The notes: a model not told the origin generated them from the letters alone. Positions 1-9,034 are shown, counted from the first letter of the stretch. The stretch: 64,000 nt of DNA from Methanobacteriota archaeon (GCA_963769885.1 CAVYNH010000006.1:288001-352000), one strand, 5' to 3'. Numbers and translations: made by a program.

Positions 1-395
1 TCATTAGCCGCATCCGGCAGCCGCTTCCCATCCAACACCACTTTGAGCTTCGCCCGCTCCTCCACATTATAATCACCCTTGATGATCCGCTGCAAGCCCT
101 CAAACGCGTACTTCGCCTCAACCTCGGACAAGAACCCCATCCCACCAAGATTGATCGCAAAGATCGGCTTATCGACATCACTGAGGGCGCGCAGGATCGT
201 CCCGTCGCCGCCGACCGTGACCACGATATCCGCCTTCTTATCCAACTCCTGGAACGAAAACCCGGGGACGTCGATGGCCTCGGCCAGCGTCGCCTCCGCC
301 ATGACCTTCCCATGACCCTGCAAAAACGAGTAGATCTCCTGCGCCATGCCCGCGGCCTTCTTCGCCTGCGGCTTACAGACGATACCCCAGTTCAT
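1..395 (-). CDS. nadK: NAD(+) kinase, 3' part runs off the window
   Basis: Manual translation MNWGIVCKP...VVTVGGDGTILRAL...INLGGMGFLSE; GGDGT signature; not in the ORF track. Confidence 0.9.
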   Translation of the reverse strand, partial: MNWGIVCKPQAKKAAGMAQEIYSFLQGHGKVMAEATLAEAIDVPGFSFQELDKKADIVVTVGGDGTILRALSDVDKPIFAINLGGMGFLSEVEAKYAFEGLQRIIKGDYNVEERAKLKVVLDGKRLPDAAN

Positions 396-411
396 CTTCA
401 ACTCCACTACT

Positions 412-1602
412 CTATGCCCGCGCCAGCTTCATCAGCGGCGCCAGCTTCACCAACAACGACGGATGTTTCCCAACCAACGCCTTGATAATCGAAAGCGTAC
501 TGAACTCCTCGAACCTATAATCCTTCAAGGAATCCGCCAACATATCCAGCGTCTTATCCTCCATATCAAGCAGGATCTCCTTGGCCACGTAGTTGCGCAG
601 CAGCTTCTTCCCATACGCCTGCTGCCACCGCGACTCATACGCCATCAGGAAGTCCTTATCGAACCGTTGCGCCTCCACGGCCGCACCGATGACCTCACCG
701 GCGATCTTCCCACCCTCGACCGCAGTCATCAATCCACCGCCAGTGATCGGGTCCACCTGCCGTGCCGCATCACCCACCAAAAGTACATTGTCCCGAAGGG
801 ACTCGATTGGCTTCGCCACGGGGTCCGCCCCGGCCAGCAACCGTACCGGCTCACCCTTCCGCAGCTCCGGATGCCGCGCGATGAACTGATCCAACAATCG
901 CAAGGCCATACCAGACTCACTCAGGCTGGAGAGGACCCCGATCCCGACATTTGCCACGTCTTTCCCCTTCGGAAACACCCAGACGTAGCCACCAGGAGCA
1001 ACCTTCTTCCCCAGATAGAAATCACAAAACGCATCAGGGCAGTCCACGTTCGTCAGCGTATACTGCGCGCACGTCTCCAGGTCGATGGTCTTCAGGGTCG
1101 TCTTAATCCCCGTCCATTTCCCGACCTTCGACTCAACGCCATCCGCGCCCACCACCAGGTCCGCCTCGATGTCCACAGGCTCACCCTGACACACGGCCTT
1201 GACCCCCGCCGTCTTTCCCTGTTTTTTTAAAAGGCCGACGACGTTCGTGTTCATCTGTATCTTAGCCCCAGCGCGGACCGCGCCGCGCGCGAGCTCCTGA
1301 TCGAAGATATCGCGATACAAGACATAGCCGGTCTCGCTGCCCGCGTACTCCGCGGACAACGTCACCTTCGTGCCGTTCGGTGAGAAGATGCGGGCGCCAT
1401 CCATGGTGCTGGCTACCCAGCGTCTCCCCTCGAGCACATGGAAGTTCTCGACCTTCTGGCTGATGCCCTCCCCGCAGAGCACGGGGACGCCGACCTCGGC
1501 GCGCCGCTCAAGGATGAGGACCTTGGCACCAGCCTGGGCCGCGAACCGGGCCGTGACGCTCCCCGCGGGGCCGCTACCGACGACCACTACATCGTACTTC
1601 AT
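412..1602 (-). CDS. Digeranylgeranylglycerophospholipid (geranylgeranyl) reductase
   Basis: MKYDVVVVGSGPAG FAD motif, PVLCGEG, GADG, GYVWVFP, VGDAA..DPITGGG; start moved to ATG 1602, which overlaps the ferredoxin stop. Confidence 0.9.
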   Translation of the reverse strand: MKYDVVVVGSGPAGSVTARFAAQAGAKVLILERRAEVGVPVLCGEGISQKVENFHVLEGRRWVASTMDGARIFSPNGTKVTLSAEYAGSETGYVLYRDIFDQELARGAVRAGAKIQMNTNVVGLLKKQGKTAGVKAVCQGEPVDIEADLVVGADGVESKVGKWTGIKTTLKTIDLETCAQYTLTNVDCPDAFCDFYLGKKVAPGGYVWVFPKGKDVANVGIGVLSSLSESGMALRLLDQFIARHPELRKGEPVRLLAGADPVAKPIESLRDNVLLVGDAARQVDPITGGGLMTAVEGGKIAGEVIGAAVEAQRFDKDFLMAYESRWQQAYGKKLLRNYVAKEILLDMEDKTLDMLADSLKDYRFEEFSTLSIIKALVGKHPSLLVKLAPLMKLARA

Positions 1603-1787
1603 CCGGATGCCTCCGTCGCCGCGCCCATCGGGCAGGTCTTCACACAGATATAGCAACTCGAACACTTCTCAGAGTCGACCGTAGCCTTCCCCGCGAACAT
1701 GGACATGGCGTCGCTTGGACAGACGGCGATGCAACCGCCGCAGGTCAGGCATTTCACGCGATTCACGGTCGCTTTAGGCTTTGCCAT
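1599..1787 (-). CDS. 2[4Fe-4S] ferredoxin, likely GGR partner
   Basis: CLTCGGCIAVCP and CSSCYICVKTCP; translationally coupled to the GGR gene. Confidence 0.9.
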   Translation of the reverse strand: MAKPKATVNRVKCLTCGGCIAVCPSDAMSMFAGKATVDSEKCSSCYICVKTCPMGAATEASG

Positions 1788-2346
1788 AGGATTCACCCCG
1801 GACAATCCCCGATGCAATCAGATGGGCGAGACGGAGCGGCTCAGGGAGTACTCCCCGAATCGTGGCACGACTTATAATCCCTTGCGCCTCCTCAGGAGAA
1901 CAGCCGACGAACTTCGCATATAAGGGGTTATGCGCAGTCTTGAACTCATGCAGCGTCCCCTCTTTGTGCAGGGCGAGGCGGCGCTCCCAGTCCGGGAAAT
2001 GCTTGCGCAGTGCATGTTCGATTGCCTGAAGATCGGGTTTGTCTCTCGTTATGGTCAAGACAGGGATCTGGATCGCTTCATACAGCCGTTGGATGTCGAC
2101 GATGTTGAAACCGCCCAGGCAGATGCCGTCGAGCATCACCGCGCGCAACTGCTCCCGATGCCGGGTCGTCTGGACCATGGTGATGACGACGTCCGTGGCA
2201 TCGGTCCCATCGATGGTCACCTGGCTGCGGAGCACGGCCTCGAGGTACTCGCCGCCGCGCATGACCACGCCGACGACCATGGTGGAGGTGTCGGTGAAGG
2301 TGAACGGCGCGTCGTCGATACCCAGGATCCTGATCTGCTGTTTCAT
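1774..2346 (-). CDS. DUF99/UPF0215 endonuclease V-like protein
   Basis: RILGIDD, VMLDG..GGFNIVDI, PEPLRLAHLIA motifs. Confidence 0.85.
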   Translation of the reverse strand: MKQQIRILGIDDAPFTFTDTSTMVVGVVMRGGEYLEAVLRSQVTIDGTDATDVVITMVQTTRHREQLRAVMLDGICLGGFNIVDIQRLYEAIQIPVLTITRDKPDLQAIEHALRKHFPDWERRLALHKEGTLHEFKTAHNPLYAKFVGCSPEEAQGIISRATIRGVLPEPLRLAHLIASGIVRGESYGKA

Positions 2347-2446
2347 GCCTTGCCGGGGAACCACTCCAGAATCATAAGAATGTTTCGCATTCTCTACAAA
2401 GGGAAAAAGTTTTTTTTAAAGGGAACCTAGGGAAGTTTGATTTTTA

Positions 2447-2477
2447 CGTCCAGGGGTTCAAATCCCTTCCCCTACAC
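2447..2477 (+). repeat. tRNA 3'-end fragment copy 1 (T-arm plus acceptor strand, tRNA-Leu-like)
   Basis: CGTCCAGGGGTTCAAATCCCTTCCCCTACAC; AGGGG/CCCTT stem around TTCAAAT; no 5' tRNA half upstream. Confidence 0.8.
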
Positions 2478-2659
2478 ATAATATTATATCAGGTGAAACA
2501 GAAGCATTGATATAGTTTCTAATACAGAATATTAATGGTTTTTTGTGGGAATATTAAAAGAACAAAAAAGAAAAAGATAAGGATTTTTTAGTTTCGTACA
2601 ATTTTAAAGAGAAAAATCTTATATAGATTTAAACAATAATAATTAATAGTGAATAGAAA

Positions 2660-2749
2660 ATGAATACAAAAAAGAGATTATTACTAATTGCAATATTACT
2701 CATTATCATCTCTTTAATAACGATGAGAATAATAATTACTGGTGAATAG
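2660..2749 (+). pseudogene. 29-aa hydrophobic ORF (truncated small membrane protein)
   Basis: MNTKKRLLLIAILLIIISLITMRIIITGE; first unit of an imperfect tandem duplication with 93-bp spacing. Confidence 0.4.
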
Positions 2750-2916
2750 AAACTGTATACAAAAAGGATTTTTTAATAATTGGAATAATACTCATTATCA
2801 TTTCTGCAATATCTTGCGTTTTTTGGATACCGCATTAGAGAGCAACAACTAATAATATTTTTGAGAGTGACATAACATATATTATTGGTACTTTAGGTGT
2901 AATTTTTTTACAGTAA
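2742..2916 (+). pseudogene. Degraded small membrane protein, paralog of the 2660 ORF
   Basis: KKDFLIIGIILIIISAISCVFWIPH*RATTNNIFESDITYIIGTLGVIFLQ*; start lost, internal TAG 2836-2838. Confidence 0.4.
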
Positions 2917-2953
2917 GCCTTACTTTAAAGATGTTTATAAAGTACAAAGAAAC

Positions 2954-3024
2954 CAACGGGAGTAATTATTATCCTTCTGTTAGAATTTAACCGGTAATCT
3001 GGGGTTCAAATCCCTTCCCCTGCA
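2954..3024 (+). repeat. Cassette right-end element with tRNA 3'-end copy 2
   Basis: CAACGGGAG...TCTGTTAGAATTTAACCGGTAATCTGGGGTTCAAATCCCTTCCCCTGCA. Confidence 0.8.
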
Positions 3025-3099
3025 TAATTTTTATTTAAATTGATGAAAAATATAATTATATACTTTAAATTTCATTCTAATATGAAACATGGGGAAGTA

Positions 3100-4290
3100 A
3101 TGAATAAGAAATTATCTCAAATAATAGCACTTTTTCTCTGTAGTATTTTATTTGTTGTAACGTTTTCTGGTTGTATTGAAAAGAAGCAAAAACCAGAGGA
3201 ATATAAAGAAACATTACTACCAGAAGTTAAATTGGACCAACCTTCAATCTTACCAGATTGGAAGGATGGAGAATACCATGATTACTATGGCACAATGGAA
3301 ATGCTGAATGATTTTAATGGTAAATATCCTGATTTAGTAAATGTATTTTCTATTGGAAAAAGTGTTCTTGGAAAGGATATTTGGTGTATCAGGATAACCA
3401 ATGAGAAGAACAATACGATAAAGTCATCTTGTCTTATTGATGGTTGTATCCACGGACAGGAATGGGAAGGAGGCGAGGCGTGTTTGTATCTTGCTGAGTA
3501 TCTTCTTATTAACTTTGATGCCAATGAAACAATTACTCATATTCTCAATTCATCTGAAGTATATCTGATTCCTTTAGTAAATCCTGATGGCAGACAAGAT
3601 GATAACCTATATAATGACAATGGTATAAATTTGAATCGTAATTTTGATATTGATTTCGGTAGAATAAGAGGAGGTGTTATACCTTTAGGGAAGTTATTTG
3701 GTCGTATAAAAATCCCTCGTATCCCTATTAAAATTTCTCGAGAGTTTACACTCTTACATAAATTGTTTCCAAGTTTTCCATTATGGCTTACAAATTGTGG
3801 TCGCCATCCTTTTTCAGAACCTGAAACTCAAGCAATGAGAGATTTTATGAGAGAACTTGAGAATAATGATTTTTCTTTTTATGTAAATTGTCATACAGCC
3901 TGGCACAGTTTTGGGGGTCCTTGGGATGCTTTTAAACCTCCTTTTGAGAAATCAAAACAGGAACAATATATCTTTGATTATGTAACAGAATGGGTTGTTA
4001 AGAATACAGAATATGAAAAGTATAAAAATTTGTTGTCTTACTTAAGTGGTGAATCATCTGATTGGTGTTTCAAAGAATTTCGCATTCCATCATTTGGGTT
4101 TGAAATTCTATCACAGGATTATGACTGCTATACAGGTGGAGGGAAACATGACCATCTTGTTCATTGGATGGAAACTACCCTTCCGGTTTTCATGTATCTC
4201 CTTGTGAACATTGATAATCTGCGTGAATGGAGAACACCTGATATTCAACCATCTTTGCCTGAAGGTGTGCCACCAGAGCCTCTAAAGTAA
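3100..4290 (+). CDS. M14 family zinc carboxypeptidase, predicted lipoprotein
   Basis: Signal ending FSGC; HGQE (HxxE), NPDG, NLNRNF, PFSEPET, NCH, FGFE; AT-rich codons. Confidence 0.88.
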   Translation: MNKKLSQIIALFLCSILFVVTFSGCIEKKQKPEEYKETLLPEVKLDQPSILPDWKDGEYHDYYGTMEMLNDFNGKYPDLVNVFSIGKSVLGKDIWCIRITNEKNNTIKSSCLIDGCIHGQEWEGGEACLYLAEYLLINFDANETITHILNSSEVYLIPLVNPDGRQDDNLYNDNGINLNRNFDIDFGRIRGGVIPLGKLFGRIKIPRIPIKISREFTLLHKLFPSFPLWLTNCGRHPFSEPETQAMRDFMRELENNDFSFYVNCHTAWHSFGGPWDAFKPPFEKSKQEQYIFDYVTEWVVKNTEYEKYKNLLSYLSGESSDWCFKEFRIPSFGFEILSQDYDCYTGGGKHDHLVHWMETTLPVFMYLLVNIDNLREWRTPDIQPSLPEGVPPEPLK

Positions 4291-4310
4291 TCTTTTTTAT
4301 AAATTTATGT

Positions 4311-4370
4311 CAACAGGAGAAATCTATTAATTTTACAGGTATTTTGGTGTTCAAATCCCTTCCCCTGCAC
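4311..4370 (+). repeat. Cassette right-end element with tRNA 3'-end copy 3, followed by T6
   Basis: CAACAGGAGAAATCTATTAATTTTACAGGTATTTTGGTGTTCAAATCCCTTCCCCTGCAC. Confidence 0.8.
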
Positions 4371-4566
4371 TTTTTTGTTAAAGTTTTCGCATAGTCAATA
4401 ATACATAGTTGTATAGGTTTTTAAAGGGTTTTTTAAAAAAAGAATCACCAGAGTAAAAACTTGTAAATTATATAATCCACAATAAACCATGGTTTATTTT
4501 TTTTAAAAAAGGCAATCGTCCGAAATAAAGAAATGATATTAAAAAAATCAAGAAAGAAAACAGAGA

Positions 4567-5163
4567 CTACTTCTTCTTCAGGACGGCCTGCCGACCCGCC
4601 TCGAATGCCCTTTTGTTGAATTCCTGATACTTCGTCGGTACATCATCAAGGATCGCCTGCAACAGGACCTCAGGGCTGAATGGCAGCACATCCACCGCGG
4701 ACAATGCCCCCAGGAGAACGATGTTTTTGGTGATGACCGCACCCGCCTGCCTGGCTAGCGCGATGGCATCCACAGGATAGACCTTCGCGAACGACGCGAG
4801 CTCCTTGAGAATGACCTCGAGCTTCGGATACGGCACGCCGCCGGTCGCGACCGTGAACGGGATCGTCGGGTTCGTATCGGTCACCAGCTTCGTCTTCGCA
4901 TGGACATATATCACGTTCCGGAGAGCCTCGACCGGCTCCGTACTCACGAGCGCATCCGCGGTGCCCATGGGGAGCATCGGGCTTTCGACCGCGCCCATGC
5001 GCACTGTGCAGACGACATCGCCACCGCGCTGCGCCATCCCATGGATTTCGGAGACATAAACAGGGACACCGGCCTTGACGGCCGCGTCGCCGAGCATCTT
5101 CGCTGCGGTGATTACGCCTTGGCCGCCGACGCCGGTGAGCACGATGCTGATCTTTCCCTTCAT
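4567..5163 (-). CDS. iorB: Indolepyruvate:ferredoxin oxidoreductase beta subunit
   Basis: MKGKISIVLTGVGGQG, SEIHGMAQRGG; true start 5163, coupled to the iorA stop. Confidence 0.93.
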   Translation of the reverse strand: MKGKISIVLTGVGGQGVITAAKMLGDAAVKAGVPVYVSEIHGMAQRGGDVVCTVRMGAVESPMLPMGTADALVSTEPVEALRNVIYVHAKTKLVTDTNPTIPFTVATGGVPYPKLEVILKELASFAKVYPVDAIALARQAGAVITKNIVLLGALSAVDVLPFSPEVLLQAILDDVPTKYQEFNKRAFEAGRQAVLKKK

Positions 5164-7040
5164 GAATTCGCCTCCAGGTGGATGGCCTTGAACGGGCAGA
5201 CCTGGACACAGTTCCCACAGCCGTTGCACTGCGTCGGGTCGATGTGGACGCTGCCGTCCTCGGCGAAGTAGAGCGCAGGGCAGCCAAACTTTCCGATGCA
5301 GGTCTTGCAGCGCTTGCAGACGGACTGGTCGATGGCGTAGAGGCCGATGGTTTCCTGCGCCTTGCGCTTCCGGGCGAGCTCGAGGAGGATGCAGGGGGAT
5401 TTGCTGACGACGACTGAGGGCCCCTTGAAGGCGAGTGCCTTGGCGAACGCCTCGCTGGTCGCCTTGATGTCGTTGGGGTCGACGACGTGGATGTCGGTGA
5501 CGCCGAGGCCTTTGACGACGTCTTCCACATGGATCTGCGTGGCTTTTCGTCCCATGCCGTCTGAGTCGGTGCCGGGGTGGGGCTGGTGTCCGGTCATGGC
5601 GGTGGTGTGGTTGTCTAGGACGGTGATGACGACGTTGTGTTGGTGGTGAACCGCGTCGATGATGGGGGGGATGCCGGAGTGGAAGAAGGTGGAGTCGCCC
5701 ATGAAGCTGATGATTTTTTGGTCGGTGCTGACGGCGAAGCCGCAGGCGGTGCCGGCGTTGCTGCCCATGCAGAGGAGGACGTCGGCCATTTCGAGGGGTT
5801 TGGCTTTGCCGAGGGTGTAGCAGCCGATGTCGGTGGGGTAGATGGTGTCTTTGGGCGCGATTTTTTTGATGGCGTAGTAGGTGGCGCGGTGGGGGCAGCC
5901 GGGGCAGAGGGAGGGTGGTCGGCTGGGGAGTGGGAGGCTGGATTTTTTTGGTGTGGGGTACGGGTTTTTGATGGTGAAGGTTTTGCTGAGGGCGTTGGCG
6001 ACGATGTCTGGGGTGTATTCGTAGAGTCTGGTGAAGTGGCCGGTGGTTTTGCCGAGGATTTTTACGGGGAGGTTGTGGTCGTAGGCGAGGGTTTTGAGTT
6101 GGTTTTCGAGGATGGGTTCGAGTTCTTCGACCACGAGGATGGTCTTGTGTTTTTTGAGGAAGTCGGTGCACAGTTGGGTCGGCAGGGGGTTGGTCATGCC
6201 TAGCTTCAGTATTTGGGTGTTGAGGTGGAGGTCGGTGGCGAGTTCTTTGACGTAGGTGTAGGAGACGCCGGAGGCGATGATCCCGATGGTGCTGGGGTTG
6301 TTGATGGTGGTGATGCCGTTGAATGGGGATGTTTCGGCGATCTCTTCTGCTTTTTGGAGGGTTTTGAGGAGTTCGGGGTGTTTGGCGCGGGCGGTGGCGG
6401 GCATGGTGACGAGGAGGGGGTCTTTGACGAAGGTGCCTTTGCGTCTTGGGGGGGTGAGGGGGCCGTAGGTGACGGGGGCGCGGGCGTGGTTGAGGCGTGT
6501 GGTGGTGCGCATGAGGACCGGCAGCTTGAGGTGTTCGCTGAGTTCGATGCCGGCTTTGGCCATGTCTTTGGCTTCTTGGGGGGTGGTGGGTTCGAGCATG
6601 GGGGCGCCGGCGAAGAGGGCGTAGTAGCGGTTGTCTTGTTCGTTCTGGGAGCTGTGGCAGTAGGGGTCGTCGGCGCTGATGATGAGGTGGCCGCCGCGGC
6701 AGCCGATGTAGAGGTAGGTCATGAAGGTGTCCGAGGCGACGTTGAGGCCGACGTGTTTCATGCAGGTGAGGGCGCGCAGGCCGGTGAAGCTGGCTGCGGC
6801 CGCGATTTCCAAGGCAACCTTCTCGTTGACCGCGTATTCCATGTAGAAGCCGGGGTCTTGGTTGTTTTTGAGGGCGGTCTTGGCGATGCGGGAGAAGGTG
6901 TCCGCGATCTCAGAGGCGGGGGTGCCGGGGTAGGTGGTGGCGATGTCGACGCCTGCTTCCAGCGCTCCCCGTACGATGGCCTCGTTGCCGAGGAGGAGTC
7001 GGGTGGTGCCTGGTGTCGGGCTGGTCAGGTCGGTTGTCAT
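5160..7040 (-). CDS. iorA: Indolepyruvate:ferredoxin oxidoreductase alpha subunit
   Basis: LLGNEAIVRG, YPGTP, MKHVGLNVA, SSQNEQD, CPGCPH, GDSTFFH, C-terminal ferredoxin motifs. Confidence 0.95.
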   Translation of the reverse strand: MTTDLTSPTPGTTRLLLGNEAIVRGALEAGVDIATTYPGTPASEIADTFSRIAKTALKNNQDPGFYMEYAVNEKVALEIAAAASFTGLRALTCMKHVGLNVASDTFMTYLYIGCRGGHLIISADDPYCHSSQNEQDNRYYALFAGAPMLEPTTPQEAKDMAKAGIELSEHLKLPVLMRTTTRLNHARAPVTYGPLTPPRRKGTFVKDPLLVTMPATARAKHPELLKTLQKAEEIAETSPFNGITTINNPSTIGIIASGVSYTYVKELATDLHLNTQILKLGMTNPLPTQLCTDFLKKHKTILVVEELEPILENQLKTLAYDHNLPVKILGKTTGHFTRLYEYTPDIVANALSKTFTIKNPYPTPKKSSLPLPSRPPSLCPGCPHRATYYAIKKIAPKDTIYPTDIGCYTLGKAKPLEMADVLLCMGSNAGTACGFAVSTDQKIISFMGDSTFFHSGIPPIIDAVHHQHNVVITVLDNHTTAMTGHQPHPGTDSDGMGRKATQIHVEDVVKGLGVTDIHVVDPNDIKATSEAFAKALAFKGPSVVVSKSPCILLELARKRKAQETIGLYAIDQSVCKRCKTCIGKFGCPALYFAEDGSVHIDPTQCNGCGNCVQVCPFKAIHLEANS

Positions 7041-7228
7041 AGGATAGTGGTCTCCTGTGGAAGAAACCCGGTGAATTTGTGGTGTCTCCCCGGCTGGGAT
7101 GTACTCCTGGGCATGTTATAAAGCTAACCCCCCTGGAATCGGTGTCGTTACGGGAGTCGTACCTGGCTGGCCATCTGCATATCTAGCTGCGAAAAAGGCT
7201 CTTAAATCATGCGGGCATTGGAGGGGTC

Positions 7229-7299
7229 GGAAGGAATAGGCTGGTAGTTGTAGAGTGCATCCCATCCCTCCTAGTAAAACCAGCATCCTTCCCTTTTTT
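7229..7299 (+). ncRNA. Candidate small hairpin RNA
   Basis: BRE/TATA at about 7190-7207; GGAAGGA/TCCTTCC and GCTGGT/ACCAGC stems; T6 at 7294-7299. Confidence 0.45.
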
Positions 7300-7408
7300 C
7301 TTACGCTTTGCGTCTCTGTTCTGCGTGGGTTGTCTTTATAGTCTCCTTTCTTGGGGTAGGGATAGGTTTAAATGATATCGTGGGCTGTAATGGATAGGGA
7401 GGAGTTCT

Positions 7409-8488
7409 ACGAGGCGGAACTGGATCGCGGTCGGGATTATCCTGTTGGCCCTCGGGCTGACTGGTCAGACGTGGGCCTCTCCGTTTGAGGAGGGGCATTG
7501 GTCTTCGTCTCTAGGAAAAATATTGTATGTCGGTGGGAGCGGTCCAGGCAATTACACCGTGATCCAGGACGCGGTCGACAACGCGAGCGCTGGGGACACG
7601 GTGTTCGTCTATCGGGGGGTCTACAGCCATTATTTTCCGGGTTACCAAGCGTGTGTCACGATTACGAAACGCATTCGGCTTCTCGGTGAGGAGAAGACCG
7701 CGACCGTCATCAATGGGAGCCAGTGGCAGCGGGTGGTGATCATCGATGCGGACGGGGTGAACATCAGCGGATTCACCATCCAGAACGGGGGGACGCCGGG
7801 CTTCGGCGGCCATTTCGGGGCAGGCATCGACATCGAACGAAACCAGCATATTGTCGTAACCGGCAACATCATCACCCGGAACAAGCTTGGGGTGTTGATC
7901 GAGGCCAATTCCTCGAACGTCATAATCTCTGGTAATGTCTTCGAGGGGAACTACGAAGGCGTCGAGACCATGGGTTTGAACTACTACATCGACATCACCA
8001 ATAATACCATTGTGAACAACACGAACGGATTGGTCCTCGCACCAAGAACACAGACCATCCTCAACAACACCATTGCAGACAATGCGGTCGGATTGATGGC
8101 CTTTGGTGGGGATGCTTCAAGCGTCGTTTCGATGAATCAGATTCAGGACAACGGTGTAGGGATGCAGCTGGCGAACACGCGGCTGACGGTTGCGAAGAAT
8201 AACTTCATCAACAACACCAGGCAGATAGATATCCGAAAAGGAACCATACTTTTAGCGAGCCCACTTCTCCTGATCGTGCGGCAGCATTGGAGGAATAATT
8301 ACTGGAGCAACTGGGAGAAAACGACTCCGAAACCAATTCTTGGAAAAGGGGACCTCGATATCCCGGTCTTCATCGGCGGCGGGCTCCACTATTTTCCCCT
8401 CATATATTTCCCGTTCGTTGAGTTCGACTGGCACCCAGCACCAGCGCCGTACACGATCCCAGCCATGAGCCAATACGGGACGAGTTAG
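7409..8488 (+). CDS. Secreted parallel beta-helix (NosD/CASH) protein; apparent ACG start
   Basis: LYVGGSGPGNYTVIQDAVDNA, N-rich beta-helix repeats, FDWHPA; signal peptide RRNWIAVGIILL begins at ACG 7409 after GGAGGAG. Confidence 0.8.
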   Translation, partial: TRRNWIAVGIILLALGLTGQTWASPFEEGHWSSSLGKILYVGGSGPGNYTVIQDAVDNASAGDTVFVYRGVYSHYFPGYQACVTITKRIRLLGEEKTATVINGSQWQRVVIIDADGVNISGFTIQNGGTPGFGGHFGAGIDIERNQHIVVTGNIITRNKLGVLIEANSSNVIISGNVFEGNYEGVETMGLNYYIDITNNTIVNNTNGLVLAPRTQTILNNTIADNAVGLMAFGGDASSVVSMNQIQDNGVGMQLANTRLTVAKNNFINNTRQIDIRKGTILLASPLLLIVRQHWRNNYWSNWEKTTPKPILGKGDLDIPVFIGGGLHYFPLIYFPFVEFDWHPAPAPYTIPAMSQYGTS

Positions 8489-8697
8489 CACGTAGACCGT
8501 GACACGATTTCTATCGTGAACAAAAGCGGAAGGTTTTAGAACGCTGGGTGGATTGGGGCTGCTTGCACGTGGAGAGGAGCCTCGCAAGACACTAGAAAAA
8601 CATCACCGGGATGCACACAAACGTAACATCGGCCTTCTGATGCTTTTCCAACATGGCACCGTGCCCCTTTCAACCCCAACATCTGTGGAGCAGAGCA

Positions 8698-8814
8698 ATG
8701 GCATTGCTATCCGACAAACCCATCCAAGTCATCCCGCCGAAAACGGCACCCAAACAAATCCCCTTGTTCGAAGAGCAGGACGACGGCAAACTCATCCCCT
8801 ACAACCGCACCTAA
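8698..8814 (+). CDS. Possible 38-aa small protein
   Basis: MALLSDKPIQVIPPKTAPKQIPLFEEQDDGKLIPYNRT; GGAG upstream. Confidence 0.35.
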   Translation: MALLSDKPIQVIPPKTAPKQIPLFEEQDDGKLIPYNRT

Positions 8815-8832
8815 CATAAAAAAAAACACGGC

Positions 8833-8946
8833 TTACTGGGACTCTTTCTCTTTTTCCTCCTCCTCAAGATCCTTCTTCTTCGCCTGTTTCTTCTTCAAAT
8901 ACGCAGTCAACGTCTCCTCTTCCTCAGGCAACGGAACTAACTGCAT
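8833..8946 (-). CDS. Possible 37-aa highly charged small protein
   Basis: MQLVPLPEEEETLTAYLKKKQAKKKDLEEEEKEKESQ; GGTGG upstream, T-tract downstream. Confidence 0.45.
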   Translation of the reverse strand: MQLVPLPEEEETLTAYLKKKQAKKKDLEEEEKEKESQ

Positions 8947-9034
8947 ACACCACGAACCACCCTTCACCCATAAGAACATATCCCCTAAACAACCGAGAAA
9001 ACACTGAAATACCCACACCAAACTACTACACCCC

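Larger units (their letters stand above)
2430..4560. mobile_element. Low-GC horizontally acquired block with two tRNA-3'-end-delimited cassettes; no integrase
   Basis: Abrupt AT-rich segment between GC-rich genes; three direct copies of GTTCAAATCCCTTCCCCT(A/G)CA. Confidence 0.7.

Noticed and set aside
2447-2477. Intact tRNA gene
   Set aside because: Only the T-arm and acceptor 3' strand are present; no D-arm, anticodon arm or 5' acceptor strand upstream of any copy
2836-2838. In-frame TAG as pyrrolysine
   Set aside because: The ORF also lacks a start and no pyl genes are in the window; decay is simpler
2447-4370. CRISPR array
   Set aside because: Spacing is about 550 and 1350 bp, the spacers hold genes, the repeat is tRNA-like and no cas genes are present
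5164-6171. Arg/His/Pro-rich N-terminal extension of IorB in the ORF track
   Set aside because: Alternate frame of iorA; IorB homology starts at 5163
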